This document shows positions 29,437 through 47,055 of a stretch of 64,000 nt of DNA, one piece after another (within the stretch, counting starts at the first letter, position 1; every line of letters starts with the position of its first letter). This stretch comes from Octopus vulgaris (lineage: Eukaryota): contig OX597816.1 in the NCBI GenBank assembly GCA_951406725.2, positions 152,458,001 through 152,522,000 on the forward strand, given 5' to 3'. The notes beneath the pieces are model-generated. The model was given only the letters and a program-made list of their open reading frames with translations. It made no database searches and was not told where the DNA came from. The position numbers and the translations under genes were made by a program.

Positions 29437-30397
29437 AGGGTCATGGAAATGTTTAGAATGGAAATCAAAAACGGAGAGAGGAAAGAAAATAATTGAATAG
29501 AATAGTGAAAGATAAAAAGAAGGGTGTATGGTGTAAACGACTGTTGATGTGGCGTTTTCATGTTTGCAGTTGTTATGAGGAAATAGTTTCTTTAAGTAAA
29601 GCTGCCTATCGTATATCCGACATATCCGACAAAGGGCAGGGGAGTCAAAGAAATAACTTAGCTGTTTCATTGTTAGGTCTTTCTTATATCTTAGATTATA
29701 TTTTGTGTGGTTTAAATTTCATTTACTAAGTGACATTTTATATGTTGATTTCGAAGTCAATTCAAACAAAATGTATTTAATTATTATTTGGGTTCTTGAG
29801 CTAGCGTGCACCACTATATGCATATGTGTAACCGCGAGCGTGTGTTTTGAGAGATATGCACAGACACCATGCACACACACACACACATACACACACACGC
29901 GCACACACACACAATCAAAAATAGGAATAAAAGTTTATGGTAGTATAGAGAGAAATGCTTTAATGATAATTTCTTATTTATTTACATGGCCAGCAAACTT
30001 AAGGGCAGGAGCTTAGTACTAGACTGGCACTCTATTTCTATCCATATACGGAGGGATGAAATGCAAATTTAATCTCGATGGGATTTGAATTCAGAATGTT
30101 AAGAGACGGAACAAATACCGAACATTTTTTTCTTTCGATTCACTAACGCCTTTTTATTTTATAATTAGCATAAACAAAAAGCCAGAAGTAATGGCGGTAC
30201 CGTTTATTTATTTATATAGTGACATAAAGTGATTTTTCACTTGTAGAGAAATTGACTTTCTTGATATATGAAACTCAGAATGCAATGAAAAAATTCAGTC
30301 TAAAAGTCGCAAACAAATTAATTTTGGTATCAGCTGCATTTAAGGGTAGGAATAGATGAACTAATAAGTAAATAAATCTAAAAAGGCTTGTCAGTCC

Positions 30398-30950
30398 GCC
30401 GCGTGGCCCAGCGGACTAAGTGGTTAGGGTATCAAGCAAGGCGGCGAGCTGGCAGAAACGTTAGCTCGTCGGGCGAAATGCTGAGCGGTATTTCGTCTGC
30501 CGCTACGTTCTGAGTTCAAATTCTGTCGAGGTCGACTTTGCCTTTCATCCTTTCGGGGTCGATAACTTAAGTACCAGTTACGCTCTGGGGTCGATATAAT
30601 CGACTTAATCTGTTTGTCTGTCGTTGTTTGTCCCCTCTGTGTTTAGCCCCTTGTGGGTAGTAAAGAAATAGGTTAGGGTATCAAGCTAACGATCGTAAGG
30701 CTCGAGTTCGATTCCCGACGGCGCGTTGTATCCTTGAGCAAGACGCTTTATTTATCGTTGCTCCTGTCCACTTAGCAAGCAAAAATGAGTTGTACCTGTA
30801 TTTCAGAGGGCCAGCTTTGTCACATTCTGGGTCACGCTGAATCTCCCCGAGAACTACGTTAAGTGTACTCGTGTCCAAAGAGTGCTCAGCCGCTTGCTTG
30901 TTAATTTCAAGAGCTGGCTTTTCCGTCAATCGAACCAACTGGAAACCGCG
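30398..30950 (+). mobile_element. Host tRNA-derived SINE (family C) split by the family B insertion
   Basis: Box A region gcgtggcccag...tggttagg before the insertion and box B gagttcgattcc after it. Confidence 0.65.
30438..30670 (+). mobile_element. tRNA-derived SINE (family B) with 16-bp TSD, nested in another SINE
   Basis: Head ggcggcgagctggcagaaacg, box B gagttcaaatt, TSD ggttagggtatcaagc at 30422-30437 and 30671-30686. Confidence 0.85.
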
Positions 30951-31366
30951 TAGTCATAAACAATATAAAAAATCTTCAAATTTTCCAAAGGAAATGAGAC
31001 AAAAAGCTACCTCAGTCCTTTTATCTCGTTATTTGCGTTGTTATTTAGTGTTGGAGAGTTCATCTTTTACAAATATATATACACGCATTTATATGCACAT
31101 ACACAAACATATTCATACATATACATACGTAGGTATACATATACACACTCATATATAGTAGTGGATAGGTTGTACTACGTGCCACTGCCTCTGAGGCAAA
31201 GAAAATTCAATGCAGGTTAAGTGTAGAGTCATATTGATTGTGTGAATTGGAAGGTCTACTTTGGCTCAGAATGACAACTGGGAAGATCCCATTTTTCCCG
31301 GAATGAAACCCTTGGTCAGTTTGTGGTATTGTGCCTTTCAGTTCAGTTTCTTTCTTTCTTTCTTTC

Positions 31367-31449
<83 letters not shown>

Positions 31450-31478
31450 GTACATATATATATGTGTTTGTATGTATG

Positions 31479-31524
<46 letters not shown>

Positions 31525-31527
<3 letters not shown>

Positions 31528-31680
31528 GGAGTAAACACATAAATGTGAAACAAGGTGGAAAAAAGAGTACTCAAATACCAGAAGTAGAGTAATGTATTAA
31601 CAAAACTCTCCGACGAACGGGAACGTGAAACTCCGAGTTACAGCTTTTGTTAAATTTCTGCTGCTTTTAAATAAATTCAT
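31525..31680 (+). mobile_element. PLE-end insert with variant hammerhead-like motif
   Basis: Shares the left tail with 13493 and contains CCGACGA-acg-ggaa-cgt-GAAA-CUCCGAG-UU at ~31610-31640. Confidence 0.5.
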
Positions 31681-31826
31681 ATATACGTATGTATATGTGT
31701 GCATTATTATATATGTGTGTGTACGTGTGTCTGTATCAATATATATATATGTGTGAGCGCTACCTGCACACACACACACACACATACACATGCATACACA
31801 TACGCATACATACATACATACATACA

Positions 31827-31857
<31 letters not shown>

Positions 31858-33250
31858 GTGATGACCTCACCTGCTGGTTTCGTCACAAGAGTTCGACCAG
31901 CTGAATTACCTGTCAATTGAATTAGCGTCTAGTTGGCCGAGTATTCCAGAGACACCTGTACTCTTGACCTAATTCTCGAGCATCAACAGTGTGACAAGGG
32001 AAGGATGAACTTTGTAGCATATTACAGATCCAATCCATCTGATAGTCTTCCGAGCAACTTCAGTCTACTCAGTTTCATACAAGGTTTTGGCGACCCGAGG
32101 CTATGGTAGAAGACACTCAAGATGCCACGCAGTGAGGTCGAACTCTGGACCCTAGGATTCAAAACGAATTCGTAACCACTCACCTATGCCTCCATCCATT
32201 ACACACACACACGTACGTAGCAATGACAATATCAGTGTATATGCATTTATTAGACTTTTATGAATATTTATGTATATGTAAACAGGCCTATATGCGCGAG
32301 TGTGTGTATAAAAGTCATCAATAATGGACTTCATACATTTATTCGTGCATTATAGACTTACAGCTGTTTTAAATATTCATTTTGGGTGCGTTCACGGCTC
32401 AATTTAAATCGATTGATCAACTAAAAATATAGTGAACGACTATAGCAATGCTATCGTTGTTAGATTGTCCAACACATCAACACCCCTCTCTCTCTCACAC
32501 ACATACACACACATCCGTAACTCATACATAAACTATATTTATTTAGGGTTGAATTATTAGAATACTTTATGAGCAGTTTGAAATGGGCTTACGCTTCTCA
32601 TCTGGGCTGGGTTCATACCCAGCTGGAAAAAGGGTCTACATTTTACATTAGGTCTGAATCTATTAGCAGCTGAAATAATGCTTACTTTCACAGCTGCTCT
32701 GGGTCCTAACCAGCTGAAAGGGGTCTTGCTTTTCACATCTGGTCAAGACTTATAACTGCCTACTCATGGGACTCTGTATTTTCTGATGTTCTCATTAAAT
32801 TACTCTTAGATATACACACAGGCAGAGAATGAAACATACAAACACAGGCAAGTAAAGATATATTCTCAAACACACATACACGTACACACAAATGTATTAA
32901 TGAAAAAACATTGTTGTGTACACGATTATAGATCATGTGAGTATGTATCAGTATATAGATGATTACATTAATGTGTATTTAATGACATACAATCCATACA
33001 CAAATCCACAAATGCAAACACATGAAAAATGACATAAAGTAAATGGATCTTGGTCAGCTTCGATGATGAGTGTCCACTTGTTTGATCAACTGAAGGACCT
33101 GCCCATTGAATTAGCTCATTGAGGTGGCTGGATGCTCCACAGATATGTGTACTCTTAAGGTAATAATCCCTCGGGCAGAATCAGCCTGACATTGTAAGAA
33201 CCTTCGAATTGAACTTGTAATCTATTCGACAGGCTCACACACACACACGC

Positions 33251-33338
<88 letters not shown>

Positions 33339-33612
33339 CCACCCAGCCATCCATCACACACTTACACAGATAGGTGGATAGATAGACAGAAGCAGAGAGA
33401 GAGAGAGAAACAGATGTTATGCATTTATATATATATATATATGCATACATGCACACATATATGTATATGTGCATGTGCGTGCGTATGTATGCATATGTGT
33501 GTATATATATATATATATATGTACATATGCATGCATATATGTATGCAAATATGTATGTTGCTTGCATGTATGCATGTAATATGCATACACACATATAATG
33601 TATGGGAGAGAT

Positions 33613-33679
<67 letters not shown>

Positions 33680-33875
33680 GAGAGTGAGAACGAGAGAAAG
33701 AGAGGCGAGGTAGTGGGTGGGTAGAGATAGACAAAGAAAGAATAAGTTGGAAATAGCAATATAATTATGGTTTACTTTGAAAGTATGTTTATATACAAAC
33801 ACACACACACACATACATATATAGTTTGTTTACATATATACATATACATTTTTATATGCACATACATGTACCATG

Positions 33876-33909
<34 letters not shown>

Positions 33910-34262
33910 TGCGTGTGTTTGTGCATGTATTGTTAAAATGCAACACAATATTTACTAAATCCCTTACCTTACTTCCATCCATATTCCGGGTCTTTGTCTC
34001 CGACACGTTCACTCTGTTCCTCTCTCACTCACTCACACATGCACACACTCTACCATACGCTGATCAAGAACAAGATTCTATTGCTTTCCTTTCTTTACGC
34101 AATCAGGCAGCCGCTTTCTCTGGCTTCTTCCTTGAAGTTGGTTATGTTTGTCATCGAAGCAGCGAGTAACGGAAACAGCGTTGTGACACCGATAATTCGC
34201 AGCTACTTATTCCTATAAGAGACTTAACCCCACCCTCTCTTTGTCTCACATATTCTACCCCT

Positions 34263-34301
<39 letters not shown>

Positions 34302-34910
34302 ACTCTCCTGCCCTCTTTCTCACTCTCCTACTTTTTCTCTGCAATGTGTTTATTAAGTTACATACTGTTAACGTATTTACTTGAATATACATTAAATCCA
34401 CCATAGCTTTCACAGAACTAAGAATAAGAGAAAGAGAGAAAGAGAAAACTTCATATTGTTTATTGGGTTACAGTTAGAATATGAATAGAGAATTCATTTG
34501 AATTTCATTAACATGACAAGACGGCACCAATGAAATTTTCTGATGATTTATTGGTATAGAATGTGTTATCTCATGCAACAGATCGGTTAATGGAATAAGT
34601 GTGAAATAATGTTTGCGTAAACTGAGGCGGTATCCCAGGTTCACTAGTTTCACAGATGCAGTAAAAGAAAGAAAAAATTGTATGTCGTAGTTGTGTGGTA
34701 AGAGGTTTGCTTCCGGGTTCAATTCCACTGCTTGGCATCTTGGATAAGTGTCTTTTACTATAGTCCCGGCCCAACCAAAGCCTTGTGAGTGGATTTGATA
34801 GATGGAAACTGAAAGAAACCCGTCATATATATATATATATATATAAACAATTTTAAAAAATTCTGTTAGCTTGCTTTCCTCGATTTCAGCACGACGTGTA
34901 TTTATTGTGA

Positions 34911-35295
34911 ACTAGCAGTATCGCCCGGCGTTGCTCAGGTTTGTAAGGGAAATAACTATAAAGCATTTTTAGAGAGTTATAGCCAAAAAATAGCAAAAAA
35001 ATGGAAAAAAAATGATGGTAAATTTTTTTGAGAGTTAAAAAAGGTGGAGTTGCGTCCCCTAGACGGTCTGTGGTTTGAGTTTCTGATTCTCGACCCCATG
35101 TCGAATTTATCGATTTTTTTCAGAACTGGGGGAACTTATCAAAATTTTCGCTGCGTTAGTTTTGAATTATGACATTGGGCTATGTGTGTGTCAAGTTTCA
35201 TCAGAATCGGTTGAAAGCCGTGGTCAGAGTGAGGGTACGAGAAAACAGACACACAGAAAACGCACAGACAAACTGCCGTTTATATAGAGAGAGAT
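34911..35295 (+). mobile_element. Non-autonomous Helitron-like element
   Basis: 5' part matches the 22850 copy, 3' part matches the 6208 copy. Confidence 0.6.
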
Positions 35296-35990
35296 GTATA
35301 TTGTAATGTGGTTATTGACGATTGAAAGTCTGTTGTCAGCATATTGGTATAGAAATATTTTTTCTTTTATCCTTGTTTATAAATTGTTTATAATTTTCAC
35401 CTTGAAAGGTATTTTAATATGCTGCTACTTTTGATGAAATTTTTTCTGAAAATTTTTTATCCTATATTAGTAGTGTATATATATATGACGTTCATAATAA
35501 TTTTTCTATCGTCTTTGCTCAACAGCCTTCGCCGTTTGTTTTTACTGTCTTGTTCTCACTATCCTGTTCTTGTTATCACTTTCACCCTCCGCAAAAAATC
35601 CCAAATTTTCTTTAATTTGCTTTGCGGGAAGGACTGTTTCAACAAAGTCGCGTATTGTCCTTACCTTCGGAAGGCGGAGTAGACGAAACAGGGACAACTA
35701 ATGAAGGAGACTATTCCTTATGTTGCACGTCTCGTTTCTCTGTTTGATTTTTTTCGTTGTTCGAAAAAAAAGTTCGTTTTCTATGTTTTTGTTTTTATGT
35801 TTTCGTTTCTCATTGTGTTCAACATTTTTTAGATGTCCTATACCCATATATGCATGTATATATACATATACATGTAGGTATGTACATATATGTATGTATA
35901 TATGCATATATTTATATATTTTATATATTATATATATATATATTATATATATATATATTATATATATATATATATTATATATTATATATT

Positions 35991-36024
<34 letters not shown>

Positions 36025-36414
36025 GCACACACACACACACACACTTATATTGTGTACATTATGTCTTGAAGAGTTCGACTGAACGAACTAATAAAGAATT
36101 ATCTAAAATTCTGACTGCATCCTTCTTAATATACAATATCTGTACACCGTTTCAAAGACTCTATACATACATACATACATACATACATACATACATACAT
36201 ACATACATACATACATACATACATACATACATACGTACATACAAACAAAAATACCGTGTTGTTGATGTTGAAATTCCAATGAAGGACTCTTGGATTTAGG
36301 TTAGAAACCGGTTCTTTCTCTATTGGCAAGAAATCTTGAAATAAACTGAATAACACACACAAACACACGCGCGCACACACACATACATACATACATAAAA
36401 CATACATACATAAA

Positions 36415-36447
<33 letters not shown>

Positions 36448-36448
<1 letters not shown>

Positions 36449-36966
36449 TGGGTCATCCCATAAATAATGCGGTTTTTTTTTATAGCCATTCACTCAATTT
36501 GCTGACTTTTCCGATGGTATGCAGGTGTCGATGAATTGTTGAATGACCAAATCCAAGCTTCTCTGCTAGTTCCTTAACAGTTACGGTGTGGACTTTGTTC
36601 CACCAGGGTTTGCAAGACATCCTCGTCGAGCTCTACAGATCTTCCAGGACGAGGCTCGTCTTCCAGGTTGTAGTTTCCGGCTCGGAATTTCTGGAAGCAC
36701 CGTTGAGACTGGTTTGCGCTTATTGTCCGATCCCCATATACTGCATAATATTCCTTGAACTTTCCAAAGCAAAATATATCGGATATGCTCCTTTGTCACT
36801 TCCATTATAGCTTTGAAAAAATAACTGTTAAAATCGAACTGCACTCTTCAAAACTTGTACTAAGAATAAGACGAAGGTAAAGTTGCTGCAGATAGTTTAT
36901 TCCGCCCCTCCGACTTTTAGTTCATGCAATTGAAAAAGCCGCATTATTATTTATGGGATGACCCAA
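36448..36966 (-). mobile_element. Internally deleted mariner
   Basis: TIRs ttgggtcatcccataaataatgcgg, TA flanks, transposase start MEVTKEHIRYILL on minus. Confidence 0.8.
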
Positions 36967-37282
36967 TATGTGTGTGTATGTGTGTGTCTGTGTGTGTATA
37001 AATGGTGTGTATGAGTATATGTGTCTGTGCGTATGTTTGTGTGTGTGTATCTGCGTTTGCTTCCTACCACCGCTTGACAACTGGTGTTGGTTTGTTTACG
37101 TCCTCGAAACTTGGCGGTTCGACGAAAGAGACCGGTAGAATAAGTACCAGGCTTAAAAAAATAATGCTTGTGTCGATTCGTTCGACAAAAAACTCTTCAA
37201 GGCGGCGCCCCAGCTTGGCCGCAGTCTTATGACTGGAACAAGTTAAAGGTAAAAAAACAAAAACAAAAGATATACCCCCCAA

Positions 37283-37372
<90 letters not shown>

Positions 37373-37504
37373 ATAATACACAGGTGAGAAGTCCAAAACA
37401 AGGTGGAAAAATATGTGAACGCGAAATTCTGAGTAATAGGTCTGTGATAATTTTGTAGCTTTAATAAAACGTATATATATATATATATATGTAAAGAGCG
37501 AGCG

Positions 37505-37563
<59 letters not shown>

Positions 37564-38137
37564 AAGAGAGCGAGAAATATGTATATATATATATATACAT
37601 ATAGATGTATGTATATGTGCGTGTGCATGCGTGAGCGCGTGTGACACATACAAAGATCACAGAAAACAAAGACACAAGAATGGAGGATAAACAAATATAG
37701 TGTGTTAAGAACCAGCGGCAAATAAACGCGATGTTTTTCCCCCTCACCAAAGTTAACTAGTTAACGTTTAACGTGATTTGAACGAGTCGATATATAGTAA
37801 AGGAGGAACTATACTGACCATAAAAAGGGTATTTTGTCTTTCCTCGGTGGAGGTCTGACTCTTGCCTAGTCTTATTTTCGTAATTATCACTTTCGCAATA
37901 CAAGCATTTTTTCGAGTGTCCAAGATTTTCTTCTCAGTTTTAGTTACTACCTGCAAGGTTACAAAAGCGTATAAACACTAAAGATGAAAAGAAACAGAGA
38001 TGATATTGGAATAGAGAAGAAATGGGAATAAACATCCGTTCAAATACAGCCTGACTCAGAGAAATATATTGAGCATATGTGGTCAGTGGAAGGAAAAGTT
38101 ATAGAAAGGTGAGCTGGGAATCAACATGAAAGGATAT

Positions 38138-38179
<42 letters not shown>

Positions 38180-39225
38180 GAGAGAGAGGGGGAGACTGGG
38201 GACAAGAAGAGAATCTGAGAGGGAAATGAAGAGAGAGAGAGAGAGAGGGAGAGAGAGAGAAAGGGAGGGAGAGAGAAAGAGAGAAATCGTTATGAACAAA
38301 ATGAATGACTGTGCACACTAAATCAAAATACCAGTGAAACATGTACGGCAAGCCATTTGGTCAGTCATTTGTTTTTATCCTGAGTCAGTACGATTTGGAC
38401 ACTGGAAAACATGGAATCATTCGTCTGGAAGGCGCCAGTTTAAAAACATGAAAACGAGGTCAAGTCTTACGACTGAAAACGTAGAGGTCAGAGACTGGGA
38501 CGAAATCACAGACAAACAAATATAGGGCTTAAAAGAAAGGATGCCTTTGACTTGAGATGGAAACAGAAAAGATGTTATCAAAAAATTAGCGATAAACTTT
38601 CGTCCAAATACAATCAGACACTGTTTCCGTCTATTAAGTCTCATTCATAAAGGTATTAATGAACCCGAGGGCTATCTTAGAAATCATTTGCGTAAAGTAC
38701 TGCACGGATCGAAATCGTTACCACGGTCACTTCTTCACACTAATATGCTGACAGCAGCTGATAATTTATCCTGTGGTGATTTATGGACAGATGCTGTAGG
38801 AGAAAGCACTAATCAGCCAATTCAGGTTTCTTGCTGTTCGAGTCTCCGCTCTGTCTATTATGTGGTGGCATGCTTGATCACATTTCGCCTTGTTTGTCGC
38901 TTTCCATCTGCTTGTTGTTTTCTGGCAGCAGTTGTCATTTATCTACTTTAGTGCTGACTGCCTCCTCCGATGTATGTGCTCGTACCACATTAGATACTAT
39001 CCTGTTTACAGCTAAATGAGCTTGTCAAGATTTTCAAATTCTTCAGGTCACTTTGTTTTCATTCTCCTGGGACCCGAAGAGAACATTTCTCTACAATCTT
39101 CTCCTTCAACATTTCAGAGGCATTTGAAATTCATATACAAACCGCATTTCTCCCAACAAAATGTCCTGAAGTTTCACATAAAGTCGTAAACTGTTTATTT
39201 GAAAGTATTTTATTTTTCATTTTTC

Positions 39226-39277
<52 letters not shown>

Positions 39278-39610
39278 TATATTAACGAAAACATGGTACA
39301 AGCTACTGGACCACTCCTGCTTGCGAGTGACTGGTAAGTGACGCTCTCGTCAGTAACCGCCAACACTTTTCTTTGCTCAACACAGTGAAATCGTATTTAA
39401 AGTCACTATTTGATAAACTGCTTAGCAGTTTATCAAACCAGGTGCATCGATTTGAATATCTGATGCATTTTTGGCAGATATTTCAGTAAAATAAATTACT
39501 TAGTCTTGCATGTTTTTAATATCAAATCTTACTATGCGGCGGTGAGCTGGCAGAATCGTTAGCACGCCGGGCAAAGAGCTTTGCGGCATTTCGTCCATCT
39601 TTATGTTCTG

Positions 39611-40868
39611 TCAGGTCATCCCATAAGTTCTGTCGATTTTACCTTTTTTTAAATTGAATGAAATTTAATAGTATTTTAGAGTGTCTAATGGAAAATTATT
39701 TTTATGCATTTGTGTACATTTAAACTAATTAATTATTATTTTACAGAATAATAGAATTAAAATTTCTTTGATTAAATCCCTTTCTAACATGGAAGTATCC
39801 AAAAAGCATTTGAGATACATAATGTTTATGTGTACAAAAAATGAAACTTTGCAGCCGAAGCGACTCGAAACATACACTCAGTTTATGGGAAAGAATGCTT
39901 GAACGAAAGAAATTGCAAAATTCAGAAATGGAGATTTCAGCCTTGAAGATGAAGATCGAACAGGGTGTACAGTTGAGTTTGATGATAGGCTCTTTGAGGC
40001 ATTACTAGAAGAAAATCGTGCATTATCAGTTGAAGAATTGGCAATAAAGCTTAGTTCAAACCATACAACTGTTCATCGTCGTCTTCAACAACTTCGAAAG
40101 GTTTCTAAACTTGGAATTGTCCGAAAGCAACCGCAAATCCCGAGTTGACATCTGCTTTTCTCTCCATTCTCGCGAACTCATTTCACCCTTTTTGGATAGA
40201 CTTGTGACTGGTGACGAACTACGGATCTTCTATCGAAATGTTAAACGTCGTAAACAGTGGCTTGGTAAAAGGGTTTTCCCTTTTACCAAGCTCAACCACA
40301 ACCGAGAAGGGAACTTCATAGGAAAAAGGTTCTCTCTATCTGGTTGGATTGCAAAGGAGTAATTCACTTTGAATTGTTACCACCTAATGCAACAATCAAT
40401 GCTCAAGTCTACTAACAGCAATTTGAGCGTTTGAACCAAACTTTGAAGAAAAAAAGACCCACTTTAGTGAATCGAAAAGGAGTGATGTTTCATCAGGACA
40501 AAGCGCGATCCCACACTGCAAAGACCACATCACAGAAGATCACAGAAGATTGGTTAGAAAAAAATTCCTCATCCACCTTATTCTCCCGACCTTGCTCCTT
40601 CAGACTACCATTTGTTTCGTAGTTTACAGAATCATTTGGGAACATAACTTTCGCAAGCCAGGAGGAGGTCGAAACTGACATTTCAGAGTTCTTCGCTTTG
40701 AAACCAAATATGTTTTACATTGATAGGATTAAAAAGCTCGTAAATAGATGGAAGGAAGTCATAAATAATCAGGGAAAGTACATTGATGATTAAATTTCAA
40801 TTAAATATAACATTTGATCACTTGGTTTCTTTATTCAAAATTCGGACAGGACTTATGGGATGACCTGA
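39611..40868 (+). mobile_element. Near full-length mariner, pseudogenised transposase, inserted in a family B SINE
   Basis: TIR tcaggtcatcccataagt; motifs LDRLVTGDE, VMFHQDKARSH and (frameshifted) SPDLAPSDYHLF. SINE halves at 39536-39610 and 40870-40987. Confidence 0.9.
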
Positions 40869-41366
40869 TAATTCCGTCGAGGTCGACTTTACCTTTTATC
40901 CTTTCAGGGTAGATAAAATTAGGGCCGACGTAATCGACTAGTCTCCTCCCCCAAATTGCTGGCTTTGTGCCAAAATTTGAAACCAATATTATAAGCCACG
41001 TCACTATAATACTGGCTGTACATCTTAACTTACATTGAAAAATCTTTTTGATCAAAAATAAAATAAATTCATTTATGACTCGAATTTAGGCAATGTTTGA
41101 GTGGTAATGAAAATCGACTATAAATTAACTGAAGTGGATGAGAGTGACATTTTCAAAGGTGAAATACACAAGGCACTCCGACCAGAATTAAAATCTGCAA
41201 AAATCTTTCAAGAAATTCTGTTTCTTTGAACGCTATCTTTAATTTCGCTTCGTCATACCTATATATTTATCATTAGTTGCATGAGATGGATGCTAAATGA
41301 ATCATAAATTCCAGTTAAATACATATTTTTACTAAATTAGAGACCTATATCAGCAGTTGTTTCTGT

Positions 41367-41367
<1 letters not shown>

Positions 41368-41447
<80 letters not shown>

Positions 41448-41599
41448 GGAAATAATAATAATGATGGTAATAATGATAATAATAATTTAGCCAAAACTCA
41501 TGTCGGATCAGAGGAAATATTAACAATGACAAATAGTAGTAAAAAATTAAAAATAATAATATCAGGGATAATGATGATGATGATGGTGATGATAACGAA

Positions 41600-41669
<70 letters not shown>

Positions 41670-41690
41670 TATCATCATCATCACCATCAC

Positions 41691-41747
<57 letters not shown>

Positions 41748-41766
41748 TATTATTATTATTATTATT
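41368..41766. repeat. Compound trinucleotide microsatellite (AAT/GAT/CAT/TAT)
   Basis: Directly visible. Representative of dozens of (TA)n, (CA)n, (GA)n, (TACA)n and (TATC)n tracts across the window. Confidence 0.95.
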
Positions 41767-42900
41767 GAGTGAGAGAGCAGTTCATGCCATCAAAGTGACA
41801 CTGGGGTAAAATATACGAAGCCCAATATACCCATCAAGACTACCCGTTTAAGGATGTTGAAAGAACCACCCATGTTTCCAGAGGTGAATTATTCAAACCC
41901 CAAAGAATCCCTCTCAACACATGGCTATGATGCTCCCCCACTACTTCTGCTCGTGATCAGAGATGCACATATCGTCAGCCACTAAGGGACATGCTCAACT
42001 AGTTAAAGTCAAACAACTGACAAGCAAATCTGTGGTATTGAGCAGTTATTATTATTATTATTATTATTATTAGTTCCTAATTATTAGTTCCTACTGATAA
42101 AAGTAATCTCATAGCAGAAAATAGAGGTTTAAATCTCTAATAAACCACAGGAAAGGAACGATGGATTGGAAGAAGACACTAAATCTAATGCTGACATGAC
42201 AGATGGGAAAAAGGCAATTTACAACTGAATAAAGGCAAGGCTACAGGAGAACGATAGCGACATTATATGCAACCTGAAAAAGGTGGATCGGTGGAAATTG
42301 AACCAAGAAACAAAAAATGTGAAATACATCAGAACAAAAAAATATCACAGAAACAAATAATTTGATCAAGGCAGCAAAGTATTGTTGTAGCAGAAAATGT
42401 AGGTGTTGATATCAAGAAAAAGAAATATAATGGGAATGGCAAAAGAAAAGATCTTTGGTGGAAAAGAAGAATACAGGCGAGGTTAGATATCCTCTCGAAG
42501 GACATTTCTGTGTCAGACCGAAAACAAAAGCGGGGGAGCTTAAAAGTGAACAAAAATATAGGGCACTGAACAGGAAGTATAATATTGAAAGAAAGGGCCT
42601 GAAAATGGTTATGGAGGAATTGAAACAGCTCCTCGCTGCAAAGAAAGCAAAGATGGTTAGATACAACCAAAGAACGAAGGGTTACCAGCAGAAAAGATTA
42701 TGCAGAGTTTATCAGAAAAGATTATACAAAGAAATAAATGGAAAGTGTACAGATAAAAAGTTGATACCAGATAACATTGAAAGTCAAAGGTTTTGGAGTG
42801 ACATCTGGAGCAAAGACAAGGAGCACAAGAAGGATGCTGAATGGTTGCAAGAACTGAAACAAACATTAGTCTGTCCCAAGCAAGATGCCAAGCAAACCAT
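41766..42900. mobile_element. R4/Dong-like LINE remnants next to (TAA)n/(CAT)n tracts
   Basis: Plus-strand ORF fragment LNRKYNIERKGLKMVMEELKQ...FWSDIWSKDKEHKKDAEWLQELK resembles the region upstream of RT in R4/Dong elements, flanked by TAA repeats. Confidence 0.6.
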
Positions 42901-43158
42901 ATATGCTTTTCAACAATGTAAAGTTCTCAAATTGATTAGTGACATCCCAGAGAAGGTAAATATACCCATAAAGATGTGGATATAAATTTCAGGAAACATG
43001 AAGAAAGATGCCAATCAGACCACGATTAAGTTCGCATCTAACTGTTGCAAAAAAATTTCTATAGTAGTAGGAATGATAGCAGGGTAGGTCAAGGAAGCTG
43101 ATTAGCTCTAGAAAAGAACAGAAGGAGAAAAAATATTGGGGGTGTAAAAGAAACAAAC

Positions 43159-46039
<2,881 letters not shown>

Positions 46040-46044
<5 letters not shown>

Positions 46045-46996
46045 ATAAGATTAGCTCTTATACGAGTGGGTATATATTTGTAAAAAATGAAGTTTGAAAA
46101 TGCTGCTATATTAGACAAATTTTAATTTTAACATGTTTCGGTTCTTGAAATGACGAACCTTATCAAAAAAAATTATATATAATAAAGGGAGTCCATGCTA
46201 TATGTTTAAAGAGTATAATGTAATAGTTCATAATTGTGACATACATTCAATAGAGTCAAATATAAAAAATTCATGTTCTTGAAAAGGCGAGGAGTTCATT
46301 TTAGATTTTACTTTGTGTTCCAATGGGAGCAACAGTAATGATTTTTGGTCGGTGTCTGCTCGCGGATTTATATCAGCTCAGCTAAGCTGTGGTCACTTGC
46401 ACTTTTCACTGACGTCATATAGTTCCAAACCAATCAAAACCCAGTCTCAACGAATATAGTGAAAAGACTCCTAACTGTATCCTGTTAGGAAATCAACCAA
46501 GCGGAACGACAGTTTGGCAACGGAAGAAATACGTCATCATTTTTTTGACGAATTAGATCTGACCCATGACTGTATCCTGTTAGGTGGCTAGTCCAGCAGA
46601 ACGAGACGTCATCAATGTTTTGACCAATCAGAATCGGGTCTGAGGTGGCTAGTCCAGCAGAACGAGACGTCATCAATGTTTTGACCAATCAGAATCGGGT
46701 CTGACCCATAGCTGCATCGTGTGGGGAAACCGACCAAACATATAGCATGGACTCGCTTTATTATATATGAATTTTTTATATTTGACTCTATTGAATATTA
46801 TATATGAATTTTTTATATTTGACTCTATTGAATATATGTCACAATTATGAACTATTACATCATACTCTTTAAACATATAGCATGGACTCCCTTTATTATA
46901 TATAATTTTTTTTGATATGGTTCGTCATTTCAAGAACCGAAACATGTTAAAATTAAAATTTGTCTAATATAGCAGCATTTTCAAACTTCATTTTTT

Positions 46997-47001
<5 letters not shown>
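46040..47001. mobile_element. Non-coding fold-back element with variant hammerheads
   Basis: Arms 46077-46273 / ~46803-47001, a short left tail, internal gacgtcatc/ccaatc repeats. Same family as 62970-64000. Confidence 0.7.
46126..46170 (-). ncRNA. Minimal hammerhead motif, U3-A8 core variant
   Basis: UUUU-UUGAUAA-ggttc-loop-gaacc-GAAA-CAUG-UU-AAAA. Copies at 46909-46952 (+) and 63035-63075 (-). Confidence 0.6.

Positions 47002-47055
<54 letters not shown>

Noticed and set aside
38300-39530. Unique-looking sequence as HS3ST promoter or first exon
   Set aside because: No convincing ORF, splice pair or promoter signature from sequence alone.
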